Below are positions 19,818 to 29,233 of a stretch of 64,000 nt of DNA, in pieces. This DNA comes from a virus. The position numbers and the translations under genes were made by a program. The stretch is from IMG/VR virus record IMGVR_UViG_3300018080_000009, positions 40,015 through 104,014 of that record; one strand, written 5' to 3'. How positions within the stretch are numbered: position 1 is the stretch's first letter; every line of letters begins with the position of its first letter. The notes below the pieces were generated by a model, which saw only the letters and a list, made by a program, of their open reading frames with translations, was not told the origin of the DNA and did no database searches.

Positions 19818-20522
19818 ATGAAAACTTTAATGCATTTGTGTCTTTTGTTTCTTTTGGTTTTGTTTCAGTGTTCAGAAGGAGAAATAGATAGAGATTCCGA
19901 TACTGATACGGACACAGATACCTATACAGGAGGTGATGTAGATGGAGACTCTGATACTGATACCGATAATGATACTGATAGCGATTCAGATATGGACACA
20001 GATACTGATACCGATTCCGACTCCGACACGGATACAGATACTGACGCAGATATTGATACTGATAGCGACAGTGACAGTGACACGGATGTAGACGGAGATA
20101 CTTGGGTAGATCCAGATACAGGTTTGATGTGGATAACAAGTCCTTGGAATGCTCTTCCGTCACTTTCTCAAGATGATGCCATCTTGTATTGTCAAAATTT
20201 GGATTATGCTGGAAATACAGATTGGAGACTTCCTGATATTGAAGAAATGAGGACGGTAGTAGTAGATTGTCCAGATATTGAGCCAGAAGGTGATTGTGGA
20301 GTGACTGAAGACTGTCTAGAATCTTATTGTGTAGAAGGATGCATTTTTTGTGACGACGGGAATTCTCATCAAGAAGAAGTTTTTGGAGGACCGTTTATGT
20401 ACTTGTGGTCTTCGTCTCCAATTCCCGATTGGCCAGAATATGGTTGGACTATGAGCTATGCAAATGCTGGTATTGTTGCTGTAATTTCTGAGAACCCTTG
20501 GTACGTGAGATGTGTCCGTTAA
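19818..20522 (+). CDS. lipoprotein with (DT/DS)n linker and DUF1566/Lcl C-type-lectin-fold domain
   Basis: Signal peptide ending in Cys, DTDTDS repeat, DPDTGLMW, DWRLPDIEEMR, WSSS, YVRCVR-stop. Confidence 0.88.
   Translation: MKTLMHLCLLFLLVLFQCSEGEIDRDSDTDTDTDTYTGGDVDGDSDTDTDNDTDSDSDMDTDTDTDSDSDTDTDTDADIDTDSDSDSDTDVDGDTWVDPDTGLMWITSPWNALPSLSQDDAILYCQNLDYAGNTDWRLPDIEEMRTVVVDCPDIEPEGDCGVTEDCLESYCVEGCIFCDDGNSHQEEVFGGPFMYLWSSSPIPDWPEYGWTMSYANAGIVAVISENPWYVRCVR
19890..20100 (+). repeat. Asp-Thr/Ser dipeptide (6-bp period) coding repeat
   Basis: gatact/gatacc/gacagt-type hexamers encoding DTDTDSDS. Confidence 0.85.
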
Positions 20523-20541
20523 AAACAATTGGATAAAAAGT

Positions 20542-20569
20542 TTGACAAAACTCTAGTATATAATATACT
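20542..20569 (+). promoter_or_regulatory. sigma70-type promoter
   Basis: TTGACA-AAACTCTAGTATATAA(16)-TATACT. Confidence 0.72.
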
Positions 20570-20630
20570 TGCCGTATGAACTGTAACCGTAAAATTCTCA
20601 GTCCAAATGACGGAAGGAGATTCAGTAGAC

Positions 20631-21377
20631 ATGCCAAAGACACAGCAGTCAGACAAAGAAAAATTTGGGGTTACGAAGGAGATGAGAGAAACATATGAAC
20701 GCATAATGCGTCGAAGACTCTCTAGTCCTACATTCCATTACAGAGTTGATGAAAACGGTGAAGAGGTGAAAGTCTATCATCGAGACAGATCAACGAATTG
20801 GAATGATTCCAATGAAGGCACTGTCCGAAGAAAACAGCCGTATATGATGGGAGAGGGATTAGGTAACAATCTAGGGATTGATAAGCCTAAGTATACGTAT
20901 TCTGAACGAGTCGAGGAGGTAGATGAAGAAGAAAGAGATTTCCAGAGGAAGGTACGTAGACTCAAGACTCAGTTGACTCGTAGGAAAAATAAGGTAAGAG
21001 TTGAATCCCAGAAGAAGGCTGAAGAGGACGGAAGGTGGATGACAGGACAACGTATTTTTGCTCTCAAGCGTACGTATGATCAGAATTTGAATCATGGTCG
21101 TGATTTTGAGACTCGTTCAAAACGCTTGAAGATACAGATTCCCGATGGAGTAGATGTTGCCCAGACAGAATTTGGTATGCTCCTCATTATTCCAGTAATA
21201 GAAGCAGAAGAGGGTTGGAGCAAAGGTTTAGGCAATCCGAAGAAAGATCCATATGGCAGGAATTTTTGGGTCAGTACCGAAGTCAAAGAGGCAGTCCAGA
21301 ATTTATTTGGATATGTTAATTGGGAACGACCCCTAACTATTCCAGAAGCAGAGCAGTTTGGAGTAAAGGTGTTGTAA
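20631..21377 (+). CDS. hypothetical basic protein
   Basis: First ORF after promoter, AAGGAG RBS. Confidence 0.7.
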   Translation: MPKTQQSDKEKFGVTKEMRETYERIMRRRLSSPTFHYRVDENGEEVKVYHRDRSTNWNDSNEGTVRRKQPYMMGEGLGNNLGIDKPKYTYSERVEEVDEEERDFQRKVRRLKTQLTRRKNKVRVESQKKAEEDGRWMTGQRIFALKRTYDQNLNHGRDFETRSKRLKIQIPDGVDVAQTEFGMLLIIPVIEAEEGWSKGLGNPKKDPYGRNFWVSTEVKEAVQNLFGYVNWERPLTIPEAEQFGVKVL

Positions 21378-22090
21378 TGATAAGGCATGTAGTTTTGATG
21401 TCTGGCGGACCAGATTCTTTGATTACGCTTCAGTTTGTGAAGAATAATTATTTGCCTGGGTTAGTGATTCCGATACATGTGAGCATGAATCATCTGTATG
21501 ATACTGCTGAGAAGAAAGCTCTAGGCAAGATAGAAGCCTTGATGCAGATTGAGATTCAAGAATTCAAGGGTAGATTTGATTTCTCCAGGATAGAAGAGTC
21601 AGATGCCAATATCTATGGCAGGAATGCGTACTTATGTATCGCAGCAGCTTCAGTAGTACCAAAAGGTGACGATGCCTATATTTGGTTGTCGGTTCAAAAA
21701 GACGAGAGATCTATTCCAGATAGAAGTGATGCGTTTTTTGATAAGATGAGTAGGGTTTTGGCAGTTTTGAATAAGCCAAATGAGTTGGTAGTGAGTACTC
21801 CGTGGACGAATAAAGACAAAACAGATATGGTGAGGTATTTCCTGAATGAAGGAGGGAGTACAGGAGTACTTAGGTCTAGTTGGTCTTGTTACAAGGATAC
21901 GTCAGTACAGTGTGGAAATTGTCCAGCTTGTATTCGAAGATACATAGCATTCAGTTTGAATGGGATTGAAGAAGAGTATTTAGAAAATCCGAAGAATTCA
22001 GCTACTGCACTGGATTACATTAATAGAGCTAGAGTTGGTGAGTATTATTCAGAAGAACGTAACCAAAGGATTTTGGCTGCGTTGACATAG
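21377..22090 (+). CDS. queC: 7-cyano-7-deazaguanine synthase
   Basis: PP-loop SGGPDS, GRNAY, PD, SWSCY...CGNCPACIRR Zn site. Confidence 0.9.
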   Translation: MIRHVVLMSGGPDSLITLQFVKNNYLPGLVIPIHVSMNHLYDTAEKKALGKIEALMQIEIQEFKGRFDFSRIEESDANIYGRNAYLCIAAASVVPKGDDAYIWLSVQKDERSIPDRSDAFFDKMSRVLAVLNKPNELVVSTPWTNKDKTDMVRYFLNEGGSTGVLRSSWSCYKDTSVQCGNCPACIRRYIAFSLNGIEEEYLENPKNSATALDYINRARVGEYYSEERNQRILAALT

Positions 22091-22158
22091 GTCAATAAAC
22101 AAGGGCAGTATGCCCACGATGTGTGAAGCTAAAATGGCTGAGGACACAGGAGGAAGAT

Positions 22159-23244
22159 ATGTCAATAAAAGTCGAAGAAGTGAGTATTGATAACTGTCGA
22201 GTAGATCCGGAGTTCAATACTCGTACACATGGTTTGGGAGATCTCACAGGATTGATTGAGAGCATCAAGTCCGGTGGTATTGAGCAGCCGTTGTCAGGCA
22301 AAGTCAGTGACTCAGGTATGGTTGATATTTTTGTCGGATTCAGACGATTTGCTGCTGCACAAGAAGCCGGTCTGTCCAAGATTCCGATAAAGCTGTATCC
22401 CCGAAGGAAAGTGACGTTGAAGCAGATGCTCTTGAAGAATGTCATTGAGAACGTTCATAGGGAGAATTTGAACCCAGTTGATGAAGCGCTTGCTTTCCAG
22501 AGGATGCAGACAGATCATAAGATGTCCACGGACGAAATATGTGGGGAATTAGGTCTAAAGAAGTCTTATATCCAGAATAGATTTAGGCTTTTAAAGCTTG
22601 AGGAGATAGTACGGGATGCAGTGCATCGAGGACGTATTTCAATTACTTCGGCTTTGGATATAGATCGTCTTCCAAAAGATAAGCAGAAGAGATTCGTGGA
22701 CATTGCTGAAGACATGGGGGGCCAGAAATTAACCGATTTGATAGACAAGGAATTGAACAAGATTCAGAAGAAGATTGATACGAAAGATGGCCCTGAAGAT
22801 ACATCGCCAGAGAGTCCAGTAGACCCGAATGATGTTGCAGAATGTGTCAGAAGCTCTAAGAGGTATGTCTCCCATTTGACTGATGCATTGAAATATTCTT
22901 CAGAGGAAAGTGAAGGCATCAAGGGAGTGAACCTTCGGGTTTTAGAACTAGATGATCTCAAAGCAGTGACCAAGTTCTACGGAGATCTCTGTGACATTGT
23001 TGAGCCAGAGATTGAATTCAATGAAAAGGCTCAGAAGGAGATCATTTCCACAGTCGAAGGTCAGTTGAATGTAGAGTTGGATCTTGAGGCTCCGGTAGTA
23101 AGGCAGTCTTTGATTCGTTCAGTAAGTGAACGAGCTCAAGAGATAGCCAGGGTTCAAGCTGGAGAGGGAAAGCGTCCTAGAGTTACGTATCAAATTGCCA
23201 AAGAAGCAATTGATGAGTTCTACGATCCAATAGAGTCCGAATAA
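22159..23244 (+). CDS. ParB/Spo0J-like protein
   Basis: SIKSGGIEQP, GFRRFAAA, ENVHRENLNPVDEA, HTH. Confidence 0.88.
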   Translation: MSIKVEEVSIDNCRVDPEFNTRTHGLGDLTGLIESIKSGGIEQPLSGKVSDSGMVDIFVGFRRFAAAQEAGLSKIPIKLYPRRKVTLKQMLLKNVIENVHRENLNPVDEALAFQRMQTDHKMSTDEICGELGLKKSYIQNRFRLLKLEEIVRDAVHRGRISITSALDIDRLPKDKQKRFVDIAEDMGGQKLTDLIDKELNKIQKKIDTKDGPEDTSPESPVDPNDVAECVRSSKRYVSHLTDALKYSSEESEGIKGVNLRVLELDDLKAVTKFYGDLCDIVEPEIEFNEKAQKEIISTVEGQLNVELDLEAPVVRQSLIRSVSERAQEIARVQAGEGKRPRVTYQIAKEAIDEFYDPIESE

Positions 23245-23317
23245 TACACTCATACAGGGAAGATTGGCGCTGTCCAGATAAGATGTCTGGTAGTAGTCGA
23301 TAGAAATAGGAGGAGAT

Positions 23318-23791
23318 ATGGATAAGACAGACAAAGAGATAGTTTGGCTTCCTATTGATTTAGCTAAGAAAGTTAAAGATGCTGAATCAACGAAGGAATT
23401 AGATGCTTTGATTATCGGCTATCTTGATGAGTCCAGAGGAGAAGTTAAAGCAAATCTTGAGAGTTTGGATGCGGATTTGTTGCAGTATCGTGCAATGATG
23501 ACCAAGGCTAAAGTTGCTTTTAGAGAAGCCAAGGATGAGCAATGTACTGCATCCTATGAGCTTTGGGAGAATTTCGATAAGGAATTGCCTAAAGTAAAGG
23601 AGAAGATTATGAGGATTGTTCGTATCTTGAATCCTTTGTCCAAGCAACTTAAGGAAATTGACGATCTCATGAGGAAGATAAACACATATCAGTTAGAGAA
23701 AGTAGCTGAATTGCTTTCCAGGATTGAGAATGCGAGTCCAGCTCTTTTGAAGGCCATAGGTCTTTTTGTCAGTGAAGAAAGGGGAGAGTAG
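23318..23791 (+). CDS. hypothetical coiled-coil protein
   Basis: AGGAGG RBS. Confidence 0.7.
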   Translation: MDKTDKEIVWLPIDLAKKVKDAESTKELDALIIGYLDESRGEVKANLESLDADLLQYRAMMTKAKVAFREAKDEQCTASYELWENFDKELPKVKEKIMRIVRILNPLSKQLKEIDDLMRKINTYQLEKVAELLSRIENASPALLKAIGLFVSEERGE

Positions 23792-23792
23792 T

Positions 23793-25826
23793 ATGGAGTT
23801 CAAGGAATTTAATGCTTTATTGAAAAGACATTTTCATGAAATGTCGAGTGGAGAGCAGTATCTGTTTGTAACGGATGTGACTCCAGACGATATGTGGGAT
23901 GTTTATATGGAGAGCTTTCCCCCAGGAACGAATGAAGTTTTCAGGGAGAGGAGAGAATTTGATTGTGCCTGTTGCAAGCAATTCATTCGAGCATTTGGCA
24001 ATGTTGTTGCTATCAAGGGATTGAAAGCGGTGTCGATTTGGGATTTTGATGTCTTGGAGCCTAAGTACAAGGCTGTAACAGAATCAATGTCTGAGTTCGT
24101 CAAGTCCAAACCGGTTCGAGATGTATTTCTTCCGATAGCCAGAGCCTATGGTACTGAAAAGAATCTTGAAACAAAGGACAGTAAAAATATTCTGACATGG
24201 CATCATTTTCAGATTCAGATACCGGAATCGGTAAAGAGGTTTAAGGAGATCGATGTTGGTACTGTTCGTGGACGAATGAGAGATGTACGGAATGTGCTCA
24301 AACGTTCTTTCAAAGAACTGTCCACAGATTCCATTGATACTGTTCTGGATTTGATAGCTCAGAAGTCCTTGTACAAGGGTGAAGAGTGGCAGAAGCCTTT
24401 GCAGAAGTTTCGTTTGATGCATGAGGAATTTCATCAGATGGAATTCGAGTCAGATCAGGAGAATTATTGCTGGGTAGCTTCAATAGAAGCTGGTGAAGCC
24501 ATAAGTAAGATCAAGAATCATTCAATAGGTGTTTTGCTTACGGATCTTTCTGGAGATATGGATCTGAATGATGCTGTCAGGAGGTATGAAAGTATTGTAG
24601 CTCCGACCAACTACAAACGACCAAAGGCTATCTTCACTAAGAAGATGGTTGAGAAGGCAAAAGCCACGGTAGAGAAGATGGGATTTGGAGATTCTTTAGG
24701 AAGGAGATTCGCTACCCTAGAAGATATTACAGTAAACAATATTCTTTTTGCTAATCGAGATGCGATGAAGCAGATGTCGGGGGATGTTTTCGAAGATCTA
24801 ACAGATTCAGTTCCAGATAAACCAAAGAACTTCGAGAAGGTTGAGGAAGTAGCTATTGAGACGTTTATTAAAGATGTACTTCCAACGGCCAAAGAAATAG
24901 AAGTACTGTTGGAGAACAGCCATAAGTCCAATATGATGTCGTTATTGGCACCAAAAGTTCCTGATAGTAAGACTATGTTCAAATGGAATAATGGTTTTTC
25001 ATGGGCTTATGCTGGGAATATTACTGACAGCATGAAGGAAAGGGTGAAGTCTTTTGGTGGTAAAGTAGATGGAGTACTTAGGTTCTCTATTCAGTGGAAT
25101 GACAATGATGATAATCCAGATGATCTGGATGCTCACTGTGTAGAGCCGAATAGGAACAGAATTTATTTCAGCAATAAGAGAAGTCCAGTTTCTGGTGGTG
25201 AGCTTGATGTGGACATCATTAGTCCCGATGGAGTAGCGGTGGAGAACATAACATGGCAAGAAACACGTCGTATGACCAAAGGAAAGTATGAGTTTATGGT
25301 TCATTGCTACACCAGTAGAGGAGCGAAATCAGGATTCACTGCCGAGATTGAATTTAATAATAGAATATTCTCTTTTGCTTATCCTAGGCCATTAAGACAA
25401 GGGGAGTACATCAATGTTGCAGATGTTTCTTTCGATGGCAAGGAATTCAAGATGGTTAAAGAGCATCTGACCTCGTCTGAAACTTCTGTCGAGATCTGGA
25501 ATTTGTATTCGAATAAGTTTCATCCGGTATCGGCGTGTATGTATTCCCCCAATTATTGGGATGATCAAAAGGGTATCGGACATCGACACTACTTCTTCTT
25601 GCTCAAAGGATGCAGAAACGATGAGAATCCAAATGGGTTTTTCAATGAGTTTTTGAATGAGGAGTTGATGCCCCATAAGAGAGTGTTTGAAGCTCTAGGT
25701 TCTAAGATGAGAGTAGAGGATTCTGAGAATCAGCTCTCTGGTCTTGGATTTAGTTCAACGAAACGTGCTTCCCTTGTTTGTAGAGTGAAGGGAAGTTTTG
25801 AAAGAGTCATCAGACTCACTTTTTAG
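23793..25826 (+). CDS. large conserved phage protein with DUF2135/YfaP-like C-terminal motif
   Basis: DCACCKQFI; DLDAHCVEP...GELDVD...ENITW. Confidence 0.75.
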   Translation: MEFKEFNALLKRHFHEMSSGEQYLFVTDVTPDDMWDVYMESFPPGTNEVFRERREFDCACCKQFIRAFGNVVAIKGLKAVSIWDFDVLEPKYKAVTESMSEFVKSKPVRDVFLPIARAYGTEKNLETKDSKNILTWHHFQIQIPESVKRFKEIDVGTVRGRMRDVRNVLKRSFKELSTDSIDTVLDLIAQKSLYKGEEWQKPLQKFRLMHEEFHQMEFESDQENYCWVASIEAGEAISKIKNHSIGVLLTDLSGDMDLNDAVRRYESIVAPTNYKRPKAIFTKKMVEKAKATVEKMGFGDSLGRRFATLEDITVNNILFANRDAMKQMSGDVFEDLTDSVPDKPKNFEKVEEVAIETFIKDVLPTAKEIEVLLENSHKSNMMSLLAPKVPDSKTMFKWNNGFSWAYAGNITDSMKERVKSFGGKVDGVLRFSIQWNDNDDNPDDLDAHCVEPNRNRIYFSNKRSPVSGGELDVDIISPDGVAVENITWQETRRMTKGKYEFMVHCYTSRGAKSGFTAEIEFNNRIFSFAYPRPLRQGEYINVADVSFDGKEFKMVKEHLTSSETSVEIWNLYSNKFHPVSACMYSPNYWDDQKGIGHRHYFFLLKGCRNDENPNGFFNEFLNEELMPHKRVFEALGSKMRVEDSENQLSGLGFSSTKRASLVCRVKGSFERVIRLTF

Positions 25827-25835
25827 GAGGAAGCA

Positions 25836-26207
25836 ATGTTTGAGAAAGCATCGAGAATGAAATTACGGTTTGCCTATAAAGGGCAGTGTTCGGTCGAGGA
25901 TTTGTGGGATCTGTCTGTGGAGGAGTTGGATAGCATCTATCAGGAGATGCGGAAGAAGCAAAGGGAAAGTAATACCGATTCCTTACTGGAGAAGAGGGAC
26001 GAAGGGGATAGGCTTCTAGATCTTCAGGTCAATATCGTGAAGCACATTGTTCAGGTGAAATTGGCTGAAGCAGAAGCCCGTGAGAGAGCTGCTGAGAACA
26101 AGTTGCGTAGAGAGAAAATCGCAGCAATAATGGCCGAGAAGCAGGATGAGGGTCTGAAGAATATGTCTCTAGAAGAGCTTCAGGAGGAGATGGAAAAAAC
26201 GGTTTAA
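25836..26207 (+). CDS. conserved phage protein
   Basis: FEKASRMKLRF...SVEDLWDL family. Confidence 0.8.
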   Translation: MFEKASRMKLRFAYKGQCSVEDLWDLSVEELDSIYQEMRKKQRESNTDSLLEKRDEGDRLLDLQVNIVKHIVQVKLAEAEARERAAENKLRREKIAAIMAEKQDEGLKNMSLEELQEEMEKTV

Positions 26208-26258
26208 TTTTCGTTCATTGACACAACAATTTTTATGACTAAGAAATAGGAGAAAGAT

Positions 26259-27413
26259 ATGCAAGAGTCAAATTCGGCTGCGGCAAGAGTAGCCAGACAA
26301 AAATTCGAATCCAGAATAGAAAGAGGTAGAGCTTCAGGAGCCCGCATTATCCAGAAGATCATGGAGGAAGTTCCTACGGACTATATAGCCAAGGGAAAAA
26401 TTCTTAATTTCAATGGTAATGAGGAAGAACGTGAACCAGGATCTCCCTGGGGTCTTCTGATGTCTGTTCCGTCCATATTGGTAGGGGAGGAATCTTCGGT
26501 ATTTTCGGTCCATAAGTGGGCAGAACAGCAGATTTGTGGAAGAGCTAGTCTCCCCTGGAAATATGCTCAGTACTTGGAGCAAGGAGATATTCGTTCCTGG
26601 GGCCTGCCTTTATTGGCCACGAATCTAAATACCCTCTATTCGAAAAGTAGGTCTAAGTACCTCCTGCGTACGTACAAGGGTACTGTTAGAGGGTTTTTAT
26701 CCGATCGATACAAGAGATTGGATTCACGGCCTCTGATAGAGTCCTTTTCAGGTGCTTGCAAGGATGTAGGGGCTGTACCCATAGATGGATTTGGAACAGA
26801 TACCAAAGTGGGTTTGACTGCTGTTTTGCCTAAGATCTACGAACCGGTTGAGAATGAGCCAATTTCTATGGGGGTAACTTGGGAAAATTCGGATTATGGC
26901 AATGGTCGGCACATGATAAACGGGTTCATAGATAGAGCTTGGTGTGCCAATGGAATCATCATGTCTATGGGATTTGCCCAGGTACACTTAGGCAAGCGTC
27001 TGACTGATGACATTGTTCTTTCGGAACGTACACATCAATTGGATACGATGGCTACAGCCAGTGCTATTGATGATGTTGTGAGAAAGTCCTTGAGTCAGGA
27101 AATGGTGGATCTTTTCTGTGAGACAGTGAAAACAGCCCACGAAGAGAAGATCGATGTAGAAAAAGCTCTGAAGAACATACGGAAGCAATTGACCAAGGGT
27201 GAAGTAGAGTTGATAAAGAACAAGTTCAATTCACCAGATGTAGAAATGCTTCCTCCAGGGAATACCTCATGGAGACTGTCCAACGCTATAAGCTGGGTGG
27301 CCGGCAATGATATTGAAGATGAAGAGAGAAAGAATGATCTCCAGAAAGTTGCTGGACAGGTAATTGCTGCAACGATGGCAGTAGTTCAGAGAAGGAGAAG
27401 TAGATTACTCTAA
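26259..27413 (+). CDS. DUF932/DUF945-like protein
   Basis: RGFLSDRY, NSDYG, RAWCANG, HLG, WRLSNAIS. Confidence 0.75.
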   Translation: MQESNSAAARVARQKFESRIERGRASGARIIQKIMEEVPTDYIAKGKILNFNGNEEEREPGSPWGLLMSVPSILVGEESSVFSVHKWAEQQICGRASLPWKYAQYLEQGDIRSWGLPLLATNLNTLYSKSRSKYLLRTYKGTVRGFLSDRYKRLDSRPLIESFSGACKDVGAVPIDGFGTDTKVGLTAVLPKIYEPVENEPISMGVTWENSDYGNGRHMINGFIDRAWCANGIIMSMGFAQVHLGKRLTDDIVLSERTHQLDTMATASAIDDVVRKSLSQEMVDLFCETVKTAHEEKIDVEKALKNIRKQLTKGEVELIKNKFNSPDVEMLPPGNTSWRLSNAISWVAGNDIEDEERKNDLQKVAGQVIAATMAVVQRRRSRLL

Positions 27414-27513
27414 GCTGATTTTGGAGTAATTAAGTTATTTGCATAAAAATGGGTAGACCGGTATTTTAGGTGTAGTGATGAGATTGCTGTTTCACATCTT
27501 GTCCCTGTATATT

Positions 27514-27586
27514 GCCTCTGTAGCTCAGTTGGTAGAGCACCTGACTTGTAATCAGGGGACCGAGGGTTCGATTCCTTCCAGAGGCT
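27514..27586 (+). tRNA. tRNA-Thr(TGT)
   Basis: Acceptor GCCTCTG/CAGAGGC, anticodon arm CCTGA-CTTGTAA-TCAGG, T loop TTCGATT. Confidence 0.95.
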
Positions 27587-27773
27587 TTGGGGTCATACCA
27601 GTGAGTGGACCTCTAGATGCATTTATGATTTATCGTGAACCCGAGCCTAGAGGTATTCCTCCTTGAGGTGGGTTATTGATTGTTGATGCATTTTAGAACT
27701 TTTCGGTAGGTTTGGTATGCGCAGGGTTGAAAATTACCCTAATTGCCGATGACAGCCGGGAAAGACCGGCATT

Positions 27774-27844
27774 GGGACATTAGCCATCGGGGAAGGCACC
27801 AGATTGTCGATCTGGCAAGGTGAGTTCGAGTCTCATATGTCCCG
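27774..27844 (+). tRNA. tRNA-Asp(GTC)
   Basis: Acceptor GGGACAT/ATGTCCC, G73, CCAGA-TTGTCGA-TCTGG, T loop TTCGAGT. Confidence 0.88.
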
Positions 27845-27846
27845 CA

Positions 27847-27984
27847 GGAAATGTTTCTGAGGTGGAGGTAAATCCAGGATGAGATTCCTGGGAAAAACTT
27901 GGAGGCAGAGGGGCGATGAATGTACTAAGGTCGCTGTGTAAGAAGCATTTTCTATTAGGACGTGGGATGTCCGAAAACATTTCC
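27847..27984 (+). ncRNA. unassigned structured RNA
   Basis: Closing stem GGAAATGTTT/AAACATTTCC around hairpins CCAGGA/TCCTGG, GCGAT/GTCGC and GGACGT/ATGTCC. Confidence 0.55.
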
Positions 27985-28080
27985 CGACCTGTGACCAGTA
28001 ATTTAGGGGGTCTTTAACAGGGATCGAAACCTTGCAGGTGATGCAACCTGGGCATGTTCTAAAAAGGCCCACGCTTATAT

Positions 28081-28160
28081 GGACCGATAGCTCAGTCTGG
28101 CAGAGCACTCCCACCAGTTACACGCGGGAGAGGTCGTATGTTCAAATCGTACTCGGTCCA
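28081..28160 (+). tRNA. tRNA-Val(TAC)-like with enlarged 13-nt anticodon loop
   Basis: Acceptor GGACCGA/TCGGTCC, A73, normal D and T arms, CTCCC-ACCAGTTACACGC-GGGAG. Confidence 0.8.
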
Positions 28161-28173
28161 CTAGGGAGGAGTA

Positions 28174-28431
28174 ATGTTTACAGCATATCCTAAATGTAAA
28201 GATTGTGGGGGTCAGATGCATCCGATGGCTGGTCCTGGCAGTAATCCTATTTGTTATGATTGTGCTCGTAAGGAAAGAGAAAAGCTTGAGGAGGAAGTTA
28301 AGGAGATATTGAAGGCGCTTACGATAGAGAAGAGATTGTCTATTGTTGAGGCTACTTTGGTACGTAAGGCTGATGACTATTGGCTTTATGATTTTGTTCA
28401 GGGGTATCGTGCAGAAGATGATAACTCATAA
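28174..28431 (+). CDS. Zn-finger hypothetical protein
   Basis: CKDC...CYDC, GGAGGAG RBS. Confidence 0.65.
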   Translation: MFTAYPKCKDCGGQMHPMAGPGSNPICYDCARKEREKLEEEVKEILKALTIEKRLSIVEATLVRKADDYWLYDFVQGYRAEDDNS

Positions 28432-29233
28432 TGAATTAAAGAAATCTCTTAGGAATAAGTATCCTTGGTCTCATTGGATTTTGTTGAATGAGGTAAGGGA
28501 TGCTTCTGGGTATGAAGGTAATAGGTCAATAGATGCAGTGGCTTTTGGTCTTTATGCAAGCCGTGGGTATGAAGTTCATGCTTTTGAGTGCAAAGCTCAT
28601 CGTACAGATTGGTTGAGTGAACTTAGACAACCAGATAAAGCAGATGAATTTGCAACAATAGCCGATAAGTTTTGGATAGTAGCGAGTAAGGGAGTGGTGA
28701 AGAAAGAAGAATTGCCGAAGGGGTGGGGATTAATACTTGTATCTAGGAAGGGAGATGATTTTGTTACTCGAATAGTTGTCCAAGCTGAAATGAGTGAGCA
28801 AAGGGATTTGCCCAGACCATTTGTAGCCTCGATGTTAACTAAGCTTAGAAAGAAGATTGAGAAGTATCAAAGGGAATCCGTTTTAAAATCAGAGATCTAT
28901 GACCAGATTAAGGAAGCCCAAGAGCAAGGTAGAGAATGGGGTAAACGGTCTTCTGATTGGGATAAGAAAGATTATGATGTGCTCAAGAAAATAGTAGAAG
29001 ATTTCGAGGAAGCTAGTGGTATACGTTTGAATACTTTTAAAGGAGCCGATGTGATTGGGAAGGAAGTAGCTCTAGCCAGGTCTTTATTCAGTATTGGAAA
29101 GGATCAGGGATTAATTAATAGAGCCAAGGGTTTTGCAGGTAAGCTAAGAGGATTTGCGGATTCTATTGAGGAAAAAGCAGAGAAATTGTCCATTGTATGT
29201 GAAGAGATGACTAATACAGATGAAGAACTCTGA
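28418..29233 (+). CDS. MmcB-like PD-(D/E)XK nuclease with coiled-coil tail
   Basis: NEV, IDAVA, FECKAHRTDWLSEL..PDK, LPKGWGLI. Confidence 0.75.
   Translation: MITHNELKKSLRNKYPWSHWILLNEVRDASGYEGNRSIDAVAFGLYASRGYEVHAFECKAHRTDWLSELRQPDKADEFATIADKFWIVASKGVVKKEELPKGWGLILVSRKGDDFVTRIVVQAEMSEQRDLPRPFVASMLTKLRKKIEKYQRESVLKSEIYDQIKEAQEQGREWGKRSSDWDKKDYDVLKKIVEDFEEASGIRLNTFKGADVIGKEVALARSLFSIGKDQGLINRAKGFAGKLRGFADSIEEKAEKLSIVCEEMTNTDEEL

Noticed and set aside
19818-20522. Diversity-generating retroelement
   Set aside because: No reverse transcriptase or template repeat in the window
27745-27772. Hammerhead ribozyme at CCGATGA-hairpin
   Set aside because: Core is not CUGAUGA and no GAAA follows the stem
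27475-28114. ORFs 27475-27666, 27780-27980 and 27833-28114
   Set aside because: They overlap tRNAs and structured RNAs
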